Source: an uncultured delta proteobacterium (GTDB lineage: Bacteria; Myxococcota; B64-G9). Taken from it: 64,000 nt of DNA. The stretch is taken from NCBI GenBank assembly GCA_963754925.1, contig CAVWHX010000004.1, positions 928,001 through 992,000 on the forward strand. The letters run 5' to 3'. Below, in pieces: positions 1-9,557 of this stretch. The position numbers and the translations under genes are program-made. Every line of letters begins with the position of its first letter. Positions within the stretch are counted from its first letter, which is position 1. The notes under the pieces are model-generated. The model was given only the letters and a program-made list of their open reading frames with translations. It was not told the DNA's origin and searched no databases.

Positions 1-1
1 G

Positions 2-703
2 GACACGGGCTCCGTAATCTTCGAGGCCGATCTCATCCCTGATATGGAAAAAGTGCGCCTGCCACGACCGTTAGCCGCATCGATCATGGCTGGCATCCGA
101 CGTAAGTTTTTGCTCGAGCGCCTCATTCATGAATTAGGCGGTCCGGCGAGCCTGATTGCTCCCACCTCTAAGGAGAAACGTTCTGCGGTTACACCCGATA
201 GCGAGGCGCTCGGCCTCACCCGACAGGAACGCGAGATTTTTCATTTGGTCAATGGTCTCAGGCCGATCGAGGAGATTGTTTTCATCAGCGGTTGTGACGC
301 CGTGTTGGTGTATCGAGTATTGTTCGCCGGCATCGTAACCGGATTGCTGACCGTCCTGGTCAAAGGTATTCGTCCATCCGAAGGAGAAAGCGAAGCACGG
401 GAGCGAGAATTCGCTATCGGCAAGCGACGGATAGAGGCCAAACTTGAGCACGTCAGCCGTGGCAGCTATTTCGATATCCTGGGGGTACCCGAAAGCGCCA
501 GTCCGTACGAGATAGAACAAGCGTACCAGCGAACGACCCGTGAGTTTCACCCGGGTCAGTTCGCCCATCCGTCGTATCAGAATGTTGCTTCGCAGCTCGC
601 GTTGATTCGTCGAACACTCGATGAAGCCTATGACGTCCTGAGCGACGACGTGTTGCGTGAAGACTACCGCCGCTCGCTCAGTTCGGTCAGCGAGCGGCAG
701 TAA
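2..703 (+). CDS. Protein with C-terminal DnaJ-like (J) domain, 5'-partial
   Basis: Frame is open from the window start. C-terminus SYFDILGV...EIEQAY...FHPG...EAYDVLSD..LREDY has the J-domain pattern, with HPG in place of HPD. Confidence 0.75.
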   Translation, partial: DTGSVIFEADLIPDMEKVRLPRPLAASIMAGIRRKFLLERLIHELGGPASLIAPTSKEKRSAVTPDSEALGLTRQEREIFHLVNGLRPIEEIVFISGCDAVLVYRVLFAGIVTGLLTVLVKGIRPSEGESEAREREFAIGKRRIEAKLEHVSRGSYFDILGVPESASPYEIEQAYQRTTREFHPGQFAHPSYQNVASQLALIRRTLDEAYDVLSDDVLREDYRRSLSSVSERQ

Positions 704-720
704 CGCATGAGGAGGAGAAC

Positions 721-996
721 ATGCCAAAGGTTATCGTAACAAAAAAACACAACCTCTCGGTGGCCGAGGCCAAGAAAAAGGTAGATATATTCGCTGACAG
801 CATTCAGAAAAAATATAACATTACCGGCGAATGGAGCGGTGATCGATATAATTTCAAGCGCACCGGCGCCAGCGGTTTTGTCCGGGTAACCGAGAGTAAA
901 ATAGCGATCGAAGTCGATCTGTCATTGATGCTTGCGCCCTTGAAATCCAAGGTCGAGGACAGAGTACGTCAAACACTGGATAAGGAATTGGTTTAG
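721..996 (+). CDS. Polyhydroxyalkanoic acid system (PHA granule region) family protein
   Basis: 91 aa; KKHNLS..EAKKKV...KYNITGEWSGD..FKRTGASG...L.LMLAPLKSKVE pattern; SD GAGGAG. Confidence 0.8.
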   Translation: MPKVIVTKKHNLSVAEAKKKVDIFADSIQKKYNITGEWSGDRYNFKRTGASGFVRVTESKIAIEVDLSLMLAPLKSKVEDRVRQTLDKELV

Positions 997-1088
997 CCCC
1001 TAAAGGGACAAGACATTGCCCACAGGATTAGAGATTCTTGCAAGCGAAGCGCGCTAGAATCTCTTATCCCCGAAGGGGACAAGAGATT
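991..1088. repeat. REP-like hairpin mosaic, copy A
   Basis: TTAG foot (1028), stem AGAGATTCT(1030-1038)/AGAATCTCT(1056-1064), then TATCCCC-GAA-GGGGACAAGAG. 991-1013 is the reverse complement of motifs at 56887-56903 and 56988-56998. Confidence 0.8.
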
Positions 1089-1459
1089 TAGTTACTGAGG
1101 TGCTTACACAGAATCTCTTTTCCAGAGTAACTGTAAAAATGGGTAAATTGAACGCCAAACCCACCGTCGCGTTCGTAAAGCCGCGAGCTCAAAGTCACTC
1201 GTCGTACCCGACCGGATATTAATACCGAACCGCCGAAGCTAGGAAGATCAAGGGCCAGGGTCACGGTATCAGAAAGACTGGGGACGGCCTCGGCAACCAC
1301 ATAGGCGCCGCTCTGACTAACATCCCTTACCTCAACGTCGATAAAGGTGCCTTGATACTTCATGGTGGCGTCAAGTATGCGCCGATCCCGGCGGCCTTTC
1401 CGCCGTTCATGTCTCAATCGTTTCGGTAGTCGAATCATCTCGTTAGTAGCGCCATCCAT
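1088..1459 (-). CDS. PilZ domain protein (candidate c-di-GMP receptor)
   Basis: ERRKGRRDRR (RxxxR) and DVSQSGA (DxSxxG) motifs, GFGVQF near the C-terminus; SD GAGGGG before ATG 1459. Confidence 0.85.
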   Translation of the reverse strand: MDGATNEMIRLPKRLRHERRKGRRDRRILDATMKYQGTFIDVEVRDVSQSGAYVVAEAVPSLSDTVTLALDLPSFGGSVLISGRVRRVTLSSRLYERDGGFGVQFTHFYSYSGKEILCKHLSN

Positions 1460-1492
1460 GACTGCTTCCCCCTCTGAGTAATCTATTCTCAT

Positions 1493-1521
1493 ACAATATC
1501 CTACATCAGCTACATTGTCAA
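1493..1521 (-). promoter_or_regulatory. Sigma70-type promoter for the PilZ gene
   Basis: TTGACA-17 nt-TATTGT on the minus strand. Confidence 0.6.
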
Positions 1522-1699
1522 CAATTTTAAACGACCAGAGCGTACAGTTGTCCCCAGCCCAACAACCTCAATTTTGATACCTCAATAAAATATCGATATA
1601 GACGCCGTTGGGGGATTTCCTGTGGCCAGGGGGTCAGCTCGGAGGAGGTTGTTGTCAGTTCGCAGGGTGCGAACGTATCAGCAGCTCTAGCAAACGTTC

Positions 1700-3718
1700 T
1701 TACTGAGTGAGCGCCGGATCGTACGTGTAGGTTTTTGGCGTGGGTGAAACCGCCACCTTGAGAATCTTTTGGCCGCCGTACAGTGTTCCGCCGGCGAGGC
1801 CGGTTACTTGTATCGTGGCGGCAGACGACGCCTGGAGGGTCACCGTCGTCCAGGTCGTTACACCGTTGGCCGTACTCGTGGTGACGAAGCCGCTCGGCGC
1901 TGCTGCTTGAGCAGCGATTATTTGCCACGCCAAGGTGTTCAGGTCGTGGAAGCGCGGGCTGACGATCGGCAGCTTGATCAGTTTCTCGTAGGCAGTCATC
2001 ACCGCACTGAGCCAATCGATTATCATGATATGACCGGCGCTGTCGTACGTATGCAAATTCGACTGATGGAACATGTGCGGAAAGGGAGAGCCGCTCAACA
2101 TTTGCAGCAGTGTAGTGTTGACCTCCGCATTAAGTATATCAGAATAGGCAAATATTTTGCAGTTCTTGCTTGGATCGGTGCAGGTCGGATCGTAAAGCAT
2201 AAAATTATATTCTGACACATTCTCGTCGGGCGTATTGGCGTTGTAGTAGATAGACGTTGGGTAGCGCGGCATGAGCACGATGTTGTAGGTGATTCCCTTA
2301 CTCACGACCTGCTGTATTATGTTTTGATTTGGCAGAGAAGAATCCGACGCGAGCATTCGCACACCCAACGCAGCAGCTGCTTGGCCAAGCGCCGGGTTGA
2401 AACCCGCCGGATAGGAGAGGCTATCACCAAGGTCGCTAAGACCCGAGTATTCACCGGTGAGAAGCTCAGAGGTCGCGTATTGGTAACCAGGTAGTCGTAG
2501 GTTTTTCCAAACAGTGGCGTTTTTATTGATCTCGCTGTAAACGGTGCTGTATGGCGTGAGCGGGCAAGGCGTTTGGAGAACATCGAAACACCCACCCATG
2601 TCTGCGTGACTGTAGGTGTGGTTGATGAAGCCAAAGTAGGAGCCATACAATCGGACGGCCGTGGTCAGCGGGTCTTTGGAGCTTGTGCCGATGCCGTTGA
2701 AAGCGTGATCGATTGTTAAACTGCTCGCCAAGGGATGCTGCGCCCAAAAAGTTTTTATGGCGGCGGCCAACTTGATAAATTCCGATGCACCCAAGCGATA
2801 CGGGGAGTGAACACCGTCCTCGGTCCAGTTGCTGTTGGTCGCCGGGTTCCAGACATCGTCGGCAATGAATAGGTCGTCGCTATGCGCCTCCAGGTACACC
2901 TGGTGCGCCCCAATAAAAAGACCCGAAGTGGCGAAGTTCAGGAATTCGTAGGCCAGCACGCTCGAATGCAAAAGCCAGTTGCCATTGTCTATGGTGCATA
3001 GCAACACTTTACGTCCATCTTTATAGGTGATCCTGAAAATCATCCCATAGCCAGATAGGCCACCGGCGGGCACCAAAAGCGTTTCAATCAGCGAAATCGT
3101 AGCATCAGCGCTGGTAATGGTTCGTGGTAGGGCAATGTTCGCTGGTGTACCTGTGGCTGTGCCATTGTCATTCCACGTAGTGGGCAGCGGGTTGGCCGTG
3201 TTGACGTATTCGAATATATCCGTGCCGCCAGCCGGCGACTGCCACAGACCACTGGAGACTGTCATACCTTGAACAGCGGACATGCCATAATCAAGATCAT
3301 AGTCGGCTATATCGCTGACCGGCCAGCCTGACATGACGGCCTCGTGCACGCCATACGTGCGTTCGTATTGATGCAGAAGCTGAAACTGGGCAAGGCCGAG
3401 ACCGGTGCCCCCGCTGACGGGAAGATACGTTTCGGCATCGGTCAGTATGATTCCGTTGTAGCGGCCCCGAGTGCCATCCTGGAGCTGCGCCGTGAGTTGC
3501 GCCGTGGTGGGTTTTGTACTGGTGTCGATAACATCATAGGGCACCCTTAACGACGTGAGCAGATTCTCTATCACCAACCGGGAATTATCCACGCTGGTGT
3601 TGCCAACCGCGACCACGAGCACCCGCAAGTCAACCTGGGCTGTCTGTGCCGAAGCCACTGCACTGAGTAGTGCAATATTGATCAGTAATACCTGACAAAA
3701 TACTTTCAGCCATTTCAT
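1700..3718 (-). CDS. Secreted Agd3-like (CE18) carbohydrate deacetylase
   Basis: Signal peptide MKWLK...ASA; N-terminal LRVLVV..VPYDVID..YNGIILT region; motifs EAHSDDLFI (DD), FINHTYSH (HxxxH), PRYPTSIYYN and HMFHQSNL, recalled as typical of Agd3 homologues; SD AAGGAG. Confidence 0.75.
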   Translation of the reverse strand: MKWLKVFCQVLLINIALLSAVASAQTAQVDLRVLVVAVGNTSVDNSRLVIENLLTSLRVPYDVIDTSTKPTTAQLTAQLQDGTRGRYNGIILTDAETYLPVSGGTGLGLAQFQLLHQYERTYGVHEAVMSGWPVSDIADYDLDYGMSAVQGMTVSSGLWQSPAGGTDIFEYVNTANPLPTTWNDNGTATGTPANIALPRTITSADATISLIETLLVPAGGLSGYGMIFRITYKDGRKVLLCTIDNGNWLLHSSVLAYEFLNFATSGLFIGAHQVYLEAHSDDLFIADDVWNPATNSNWTEDGVHSPYRLGASEFIKLAAAIKTFWAQHPLASSLTIDHAFNGIGTSSKDPLTTAVRLYGSYFGFINHTYSHADMGGCFDVLQTPCPLTPYSTVYSEINKNATVWKNLRLPGYQYATSELLTGEYSGLSDLGDSLSYPAGFNPALGQAAAALGVRMLASDSSLPNQNIIQQVVSKGITYNIVLMPRYPTSIYYNANTPDENVSEYNFMLYDPTCTDPSKNCKIFAYSDILNAEVNTTLLQMLSGSPFPHMFHQSNLHTYDSAGHIMIIDWLSAVMTAYEKLIKLPIVSPRFHDLNTLAWQIIAAQAAAPSGFVTTSTANGVTTWTTVTLQASSAATIQVTGLAGGTLYGGQKILKVAVSPTPKTYTYDPALTQ

Positions 3719-3855
3719 GTTTGTTACTCCTTTTTCGTAAAATATACATGTCTCGTTATACCGAGTGTTTTTTTTCATATTCGTTGCCGTTCGTTCGTTT
3801 TGCTGTTCCTCCTTTTGGTATCGAGCTAAATTTCAAAGTCTCCAAATCCAAAAGG

Positions 3856-6800
3856 CTAGCGCCACAAACTCTCCGCGTATTTCACATTGAGTCCCCAAAC
3901 CATGTCCCCGGGCGAACTGGTTGAGAAGTTGCCGGCGTTCGCCGCGATGGTGATTTCATCCCGGCCGAATACTTCGAAGCCGACACCTGCGCTGACCAGG
4001 TAGCCGAATTCGTTCATCGGCCAGAGCCAGCCGCCGGAAACATCGACTAGGTACTTGATGCCACGGCCAGCCGGCCGGGGAGCGCCGATTTGGCCGCGCG
4101 CCACGGTAGCGGCAACGCCGGCCCAGGCAGCACTTTCAGGCACCAACCAGCCCTGCGGAGGCGACGATTTGTTTACTAACAACGGCTCAAAAATTTCGTT
4201 TTCTTTCGTACCGTCCGATTGCCGATATGCAAGGTGGGTGGCCACACGCACATTGGCGTTATCAACATCCGACAAGCGGAAGCGAACGCCGGTCCCGACA
4301 TCCGCCGTGAGCCCGTTTCCGAGCCACTGCCGATCCCGGGTCAGGAATTCTTCCCCAGAGGCGACGGCGTTCACTATAAATATTTCACCAATGGGCACAT
4401 TTGCGCCGAGGGCCACCTGATCCCGAACGCCAAAGACCCTCATGCCGGCAGTCTCGGTCCCCACTTCGTTGATGGCGGCCCGAGCGCTGAGTTGGCCATC
4501 CTTGAGAATGCGCAGGCGTTGCTCAAGCACGCCGGAGGGCCGCGGCGTCTCGCCGTTGAGCATGTCGATGCCGACGGTAGCGATGGTCTCATGGGGTGCA
4601 TAGGCCAACCTTCCGCTGAGCTTGACCGCCACCTCATGATTTTGGTCAAACGAAAAGGCCGCGTTACTGAGTCCCTCGAGATTCGTATATGCCGCCGAAC
4701 CGCTGAGACCTCCGCCATTCCATGAGTAGACGGTGCCGACCTCGGTGTGCCAGCTCCGCAGACCCTGGAGCGTGGACACATCCGTCTGCACCCACACGTG
4801 CCGGGGGATATCTTGCGCCAGAGAGTTAGCGTCCACGGTCAAGGCCTCCCGGTCGGTATTTGAAAGGCTTTGACTTTGGATCTCCTGCAGGGCGACACGA
4901 ATGGCTTGCGGGTCGCGATCGAGGCGGTGCAGGATGTAGACGCTTTCCCGCGGCGTCGGAGAAACATTACCTGAGTCGTACAGACGCTGTAGATTGACCT
5001 TGTCATTGGTTTGCAGGGCCAAGTCAAACTCTTGGGCATGTTGACTTTGCCACAGAGCAGCATAGGTCCGATCCGCTGTCGGCGCCGCATCGGACGCCGA
5101 TGATAAATCTAGCCGGGCATTATCGAGAAGACCGCGGACTCTCTGGTAATCACCGCGTGCGGCGGCGCGCTGTGCCAGTTGTTGGTAAAAGCTCACCCGG
5201 AGGCGCCAATAATCCGGACTGGCGGTGAACTCAGATCCGGCTTTTTGGGCCATGTCCAGCAACGGAGTCAACCGATCGTAGTCACCGGCTTCAAAGGCCG
5301 TTACCATGGCGAAACGCAGCATTGAGGGATCGTCAAAACGCTTCCAGGTTTCTGTTGCCGTGGTAATCGCATCCCGGTCATTGCCAAGTTTTCTCTGGAG
5401 ATGAGCCAGCCGGATAAATTCTGCCGAGGTCGCCTCGGGCCGAAGTGCGATAGTGGCGTAAGCCGTTGCAGCATCCTGGATCTGGTCGAGGGACCATGCC
5501 AATTCAGCCACGCGCCGATGATGCTCGATACGATCGCTGTTGGCATTTTTCAGCGCGGTCAACGCTTCCGGTGATCGACCGAGACGGACCAGGAGATCGG
5601 CGTACAGCGTCGCATCAACGTCGGATTGGCCGAAACGCCGAGCAATTGAAGTCAGGGTCTCGGCGGCTTCTGGCAACTGGTTCAACCGCAACTGTATGGC
5701 CACCTGCCGACTCCACAAATCGTGGTCTTGCTCCCGTGGGCCGCGCAATTCCTGTTGCAGCAACCGCAGAGCCTCGCCGCCTTCGCCGATCGACTCGTAG
5801 AGCTTTACCAACTCGACCAATTCCTCAGCCTGCAGGGGTCCCCGGCGCGGCGCCTGCTGCATGAGTTTAATCCTCGTCGATTGATCCCAATATGCCTTTG
5901 CAAGATTCAGAGCTTGGGTGCGGGCCTCCTCGTCTCCACGGTAGTAAGCGAGCCATGTATATTCGTCTAGGGCTCGAAGCGGTTGCCCGCTCCACTGCGC
6001 TAATTCGGCCACCTGTCGATGGTTCTGTGCGTCTTCAGGGTGTCGCTCGAGCTTCACCTGCGCGAGCGAAAAGGCGCGCTGCACCTGACCGATAGCCAGC
6101 TCATTGCCAATCTGGTCGCTCAGGATCGAATCTTCTTCCGGGGCTAGCGCCAGAATTAAACGACCATACTGCGCCGCGCTATCAAGGTCGCCAACTTCCT
6201 TGGTTAAGACGACCGCCATGGAGAGAAGCTGTCGATCGTCGGGAAAGCGCTTGACGAGCTTCTTCAACATGGCGAGTAGTTCTTCCGGACGATCGGCGCT
6301 GCGTGCGCGCTCGAGTGCGCTCAACGCGTGTCGTTGACGGCGGGCGCCTTCGCTCTTATCGATCGCGGCAAGATGCAATTTCGCCGCTTGCATTGGCTGA
6401 CCAGCTTCAAGGTATATTTTATCAGCGGTAGCGAGGTACTGTTCGGTTTCCGGAGTTTCCAAGCCCCCGCGCCAGGCGAGATTGGCAAGGATCTCAGCCG
6501 CATATGCCAACTGGCCCATTTGTCGTGCGAGATCCGCGAGGCGTTTGGCATCCGCCGCGTTAAGCTCCGCATCTTTCAATGAGTCGACAGCACTGATAAG
6601 CTTTTGCTGAGCTGCCGAGCGCTCCAACGTGCCCGGCTGAACGGACGCCCAGGTTTTGAAGTCCAGCTCAACGCTCAACACCCTGGCTTCCAGGGTGTAT
6701 TTCGATTCGGCAGCCAGCAATGGCTTGAGCAATTCGTGGGTCTCGTCCAGGCGTCCGGCCGCGAGGTGCGCTCGTGCAACCTGGAGTCTCAGACGGGCGT

Positions 6801-7005
6801 CATCCGGCCGGTACTGCAAGCCCAGACGCAGATACATGAGCGACAGAGAGCTTGGCTCGACCTGTTCGGCGCGCTCTTCACGATCCAAGACAAATGACTC
6901 CAAAACAGCCAGGATGGCAAGCGCTACTGAAAACAGCACGAGCAGCGACAGAGCGCTCATCAGCGGACGGTGCTGATCCCGATATGATGGATTATAGATG
7001 GCCAT
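3856..7005 (-). CDS. pelB: PelB-like TPR scaffold with C-terminal beta-barrel
   Basis: N-terminal TM, PSSLSLMYLRLGLQYRPDD..LRL, long TPR array (AELAQWSGQPLRAL), beta-strand-rich C-terminus; follows pelA. Confidence 0.8.
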   Translation of the reverse strand: MAIYNPSYRDQHRPLMSALSLLVLFSVALAILAVLESFVLDREERAEQVEPSSLSLMYLRLGLQYRPDDARLRLQVARAHLAAGRLDETHELLKPLLAAESKYTLEARVLSVELDFKTWASVQPGTLERSAAQQKLISAVDSLKDAELNAADAKRLADLARQMGQLAYAAEILANLAWRGGLETPETEQYLATADKIYLEAGQPMQAAKLHLAAIDKSEGARRQRHALSALERARSADRPEELLAMLKKLVKRFPDDRQLLSMAVVLTKEVGDLDSAAQYGRLILALAPEEDSILSDQIGNELAIGQVQRAFSLAQVKLERHPEDAQNHRQVAELAQWSGQPLRALDEYTWLAYYRGDEEARTQALNLAKAYWDQSTRIKLMQQAPRRGPLQAEELVELVKLYESIGEGGEALRLLQQELRGPREQDHDLWSRQVAIQLRLNQLPEAAETLTSIARRFGQSDVDATLYADLLVRLGRSPEALTALKNANSDRIEHHRRVAELAWSLDQIQDAATAYATIALRPEATSAEFIRLAHLQRKLGNDRDAITTATETWKRFDDPSMLRFAMVTAFEAGDYDRLTPLLDMAQKAGSEFTASPDYWRLRVSFYQQLAQRAAARGDYQRVRGLLDNARLDLSSASDAAPTADRTYAALWQSQHAQEFDLALQTNDKVNLQRLYDSGNVSPTPRESVYILHRLDRDPQAIRVALQEIQSQSLSNTDREALTVDANSLAQDIPRHVWVQTDVSTLQGLRSWHTEVGTVYSWNGGGLSGSAAYTNLEGLSNAAFSFDQNHEVAVKLSGRLAYAPHETIATVGIDMLNGETPRPSGVLEQRLRILKDGQLSARAAINEVGTETAGMRVFGVRDQVALGANVPIGEIFIVNAVASGEEFLTRDRQWLGNGLTADVGTGVRFRLSDVDNANVRVATHLAYRQSDGTKENEIFEPLLVNKSSPPQGWLVPESAAWAGVAATVARGQIGAPRPAGRGIKYLVDVSGGWLWPMNEFGYLVSAGVGFEVFGRDEITIAANAGNFSTSSPGDMVWGLNVKYAESLWR

Positions 7006-7007
7006 GG

Positions 7008-9557
7008 TTACGACCCCTCTTTCTGATCCGCACAAAGAAGAATTCCCTCACCGGTGTCATTCGTGGTGAGTGTTAGTTTCAAAAGACCATTACGGTCTGC
7101 ATCTCCGACAATACTGCCTGCGCTGGTCGTGAGTCGACAGTGCGTGCGCGCCGTCAAACCGCCCAGCTCAAAAACAAGCGGAACATGACCGGCTATGCGA
7201 AGTTGGATCTGCGATCCACCGCTGGCCGGCGCGGCCGGTTTGAACGTCAGCACCGTTGCGTTGACTTGCACCACATGCGGTCGCTCGAGGCGTTTCTGGC
7301 CTAAGACCAGTTGCCGCGGCCCGTGGTCGGCAGCGAAACTGACGTAGCATCCTTGCGGCAGCGTGCGCACCGCGACGACCCCGCGGGAGGCCGCCAGATC
7401 GGGCAACCCGAGTTCTGTTGGTACGCGCACGGTACGAAGCGCGTCACCGCCATGGAAGCCGAACGATCCGTCGAGATGCCGCACCACCACCTGTTGTCGG
7501 AAGGCGCGCACCTTGGCTTGGTATTCATCGACGTACACCGGGAAGATATCCTGGGCCAACACCCAACCATATATCGTCTCGAGGGTGTTGATGCCGCCGT
7601 AGCTACCAGCCGCAAAAGCGTGGTAATGGATTGCAATAGGCTTGAGTCGGCGCGGGTTATCGGTTAACTCCAGCGTCTGAACCACTTGGTGATAGGGGTA
7701 CAGTTCAGTGGCCTGATCGAGATAGGTCAGATCATTCGCCGTTGGCGCATATACGTCACCCGTGCCGTTGGGAGCTGCCATGGATTGCACATGGGTAATA
7801 GAAGTCCGATAGGAACGTATGTCGGTGCCTCCCGATTGCAAGTGCCCCGGGCGAACCATCGGTACCTGCAAAAGCCTTGTGGCCGCCGCGCGATCCTCAA
7901 TCGAAAGGTCGTGTTCAGGCTGAGACGGTACGTCGAGCGACAGGGGCAACCGGTAACGCGACAAAAGTTGTTCTTTCAGCAGTTCCCCGGTGATGGGCCG
8001 TCCGCGGTATCGGGCAGGTTGACCGAGGCCCTCGGCGTCCATAAGGAACATTGCCAACCGCCGTCCATTCTCGGTCGTTACATCCGGTTGCGGGATGGAC
8101 GGCAGGTCAAGCGCCTGTTGCAAAAAAGCAAAGGGGTCAAGCACCCAGGCGCGTTCCCCGTCCAGGCTGCTCATGGCCAGGAAATGTGAATGAGCCAAGC
8201 CCCCCCAACGGGTTGTGGCGATGACTGCCCCGCGATGCCCGGCGGCGTCCGCCAGTTGCAGGTGAACCGCCACGCCATCGCCCCCGATATGCAGTGGAGC
8301 GGCTTCAAGACGCTGTATCTGGGGCTGGGCTTCAAAACCGATCAGTTGGTCCCGCGTATCGACATGCAGGTCGCCTTGCATCTCCTGTGCGGATACTTCA
8401 ATACCGAGCTTTCGCGCCTGATTGCCGTCCAGCGCAAACCCCGGATAGCCAAAGAAGACAACCTTAACCCCGGCGCCGATTTGCTCCTGCAGCCACGACT
8501 CGTAGTCCGCCGGCACCGCAGGCGACGAGAACCAGGTAATGACTCCCTGGTACACGCCTGCAACTGGGCCGCGGGGGAGCCCCTCTTGGATACGCTGGAT
8601 TTCTGGAATATACCCCAGATACTCAAGCACCGGCGCGAGAAACCGGAAGGCGTCCGTCGTTTCCTGCTTAACCGAGTCCGGTTCATTGGTGAGAATCAAT
8701 ATCCGTCGGGGGACCACTTCGATTGAACCGATGCCTATCGTGCTTAGGGTTGCATCGCTTACCCAGGGGATGAAACCGAGTCCGGCGATTCGCGACGCCG
8801 TAAGTCGGGCAGCTTGGCGTTCGTTCGGTGGACGATAATCGATCACCGTTATCGGCAGGTTATACCGCTTATGGGCTTCCTGCAACCGGGCGAGCAGCCA
8901 ATTGCGGTCCGCCTCGGGAACGCGCATATATTGGCCAGAAGCCGCGTCCCACCTATCGAACAGCGATTCGGCCACGACTCCGTGGACCATGCTGCCGATC
9001 TGCGGAAGAAGCTCAAAACCCCGATTGATCAACAGACGCACTTGGGGATAGCGCGCGACCATCTGCCGCACCAGCTGCGCCAACGCCTGTTGCATTTTCG
9101 CCCGATCTTCAGGCGAGGTGACGCCCAGTTGGTAGCTATCGAGGGTATCCAAAAAGAAGGCCCGGTAGCCCTGTGACCACAGAGCCTGCATCTGCCGATC
9201 CAAGAGATACGCTTGCCAGCCCGAATTGCGCACGTCCATCACCAGGCTCGACCAGTTGTTGTTTTTGGCCAGAATCCATGAATCGGACACGTCCTTGCGG
9301 AAGCGACTGTTTTCAGCAACTTCACCGACACTCAGATACGCCACCGGCGTCGTGCCTTCGGCCGCCAACACCGCCGGGTTCGGCACAGAATCCGGCTGCA
9401 CGACGAGCTGATCGTAGGCCGCAGCCAATTCGCGCGGCACGTGCCGGCCATAATAAAAAGCCGTAGTCTGCGCCGCGACCAGCGTGGGCACCACGATCAG
9501 GCCCAATAACGGCCCCAAAAGCAAAACCCGGTCAAACATGTTGAACGACATGCGCAT
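7008..9557 (-). CDS. pelA: PelA: GH166-like hydrolase plus degenerate deacetylase domain
   Basis: AFYYG, AYLSVGE, FLDTLDSY, NRGFELLP, VAESLF, PDVTTENGRR and DNPRRLKPI motifs. The start may instead be 9539. Confidence 0.9.
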   Translation of the reverse strand: MRMSFNMFDRVLLLGPLLGLIVVPTLVAAQTTAFYYGRHVPRELAAAYDQLVVQPDSVPNPAVLAAEGTTPVAYLSVGEVAENSRFRKDVSDSWILAKNNNWSSLVMDVRNSGWQAYLLDRQMQALWSQGYRAFFLDTLDSYQLGVTSPEDRAKMQQALAQLVRQMVARYPQVRLLINRGFELLPQIGSMVHGVVAESLFDRWDAASGQYMRVPEADRNWLLARLQEAHKRYNLPITVIDYRPPNERQAARLTASRIAGLGFIPWVSDATLSTIGIGSIEVVPRRILILTNEPDSVKQETTDAFRFLAPVLEYLGYIPEIQRIQEGLPRGPVAGVYQGVITWFSSPAVPADYESWLQEQIGAGVKVVFFGYPGFALDGNQARKLGIEVSAQEMQGDLHVDTRDQLIGFEAQPQIQRLEAAPLHIGGDGVAVHLQLADAAGHRGAVIATTRWGGLAHSHFLAMSSLDGERAWVLDPFAFLQQALDLPSIPQPDVTTENGRRLAMFLMDAEGLGQPARYRGRPITGELLKEQLLSRYRLPLSLDVPSQPEHDLSIEDRAAATRLLQVPMVRPGHLQSGGTDIRSYRTSITHVQSMAAPNGTGDVYAPTANDLTYLDQATELYPYHQVVQTLELTDNPRRLKPIAIHYHAFAAGSYGGINTLETIYGWVLAQDIFPVYVDEYQAKVRAFRQQVVVRHLDGSFGFHGGDALRTVRVPTELGLPDLAASRGVVAVRTLPQGCYVSFAADHGPRQLVLGQKRLERPHVVQVNATVLTFKPAAPASGGSQIQLRIAGHVPLVFELGGLTARTHCRLTTSAGSIVGDADRNGLLKLTLTTNDTGEGILLCADQKEGS

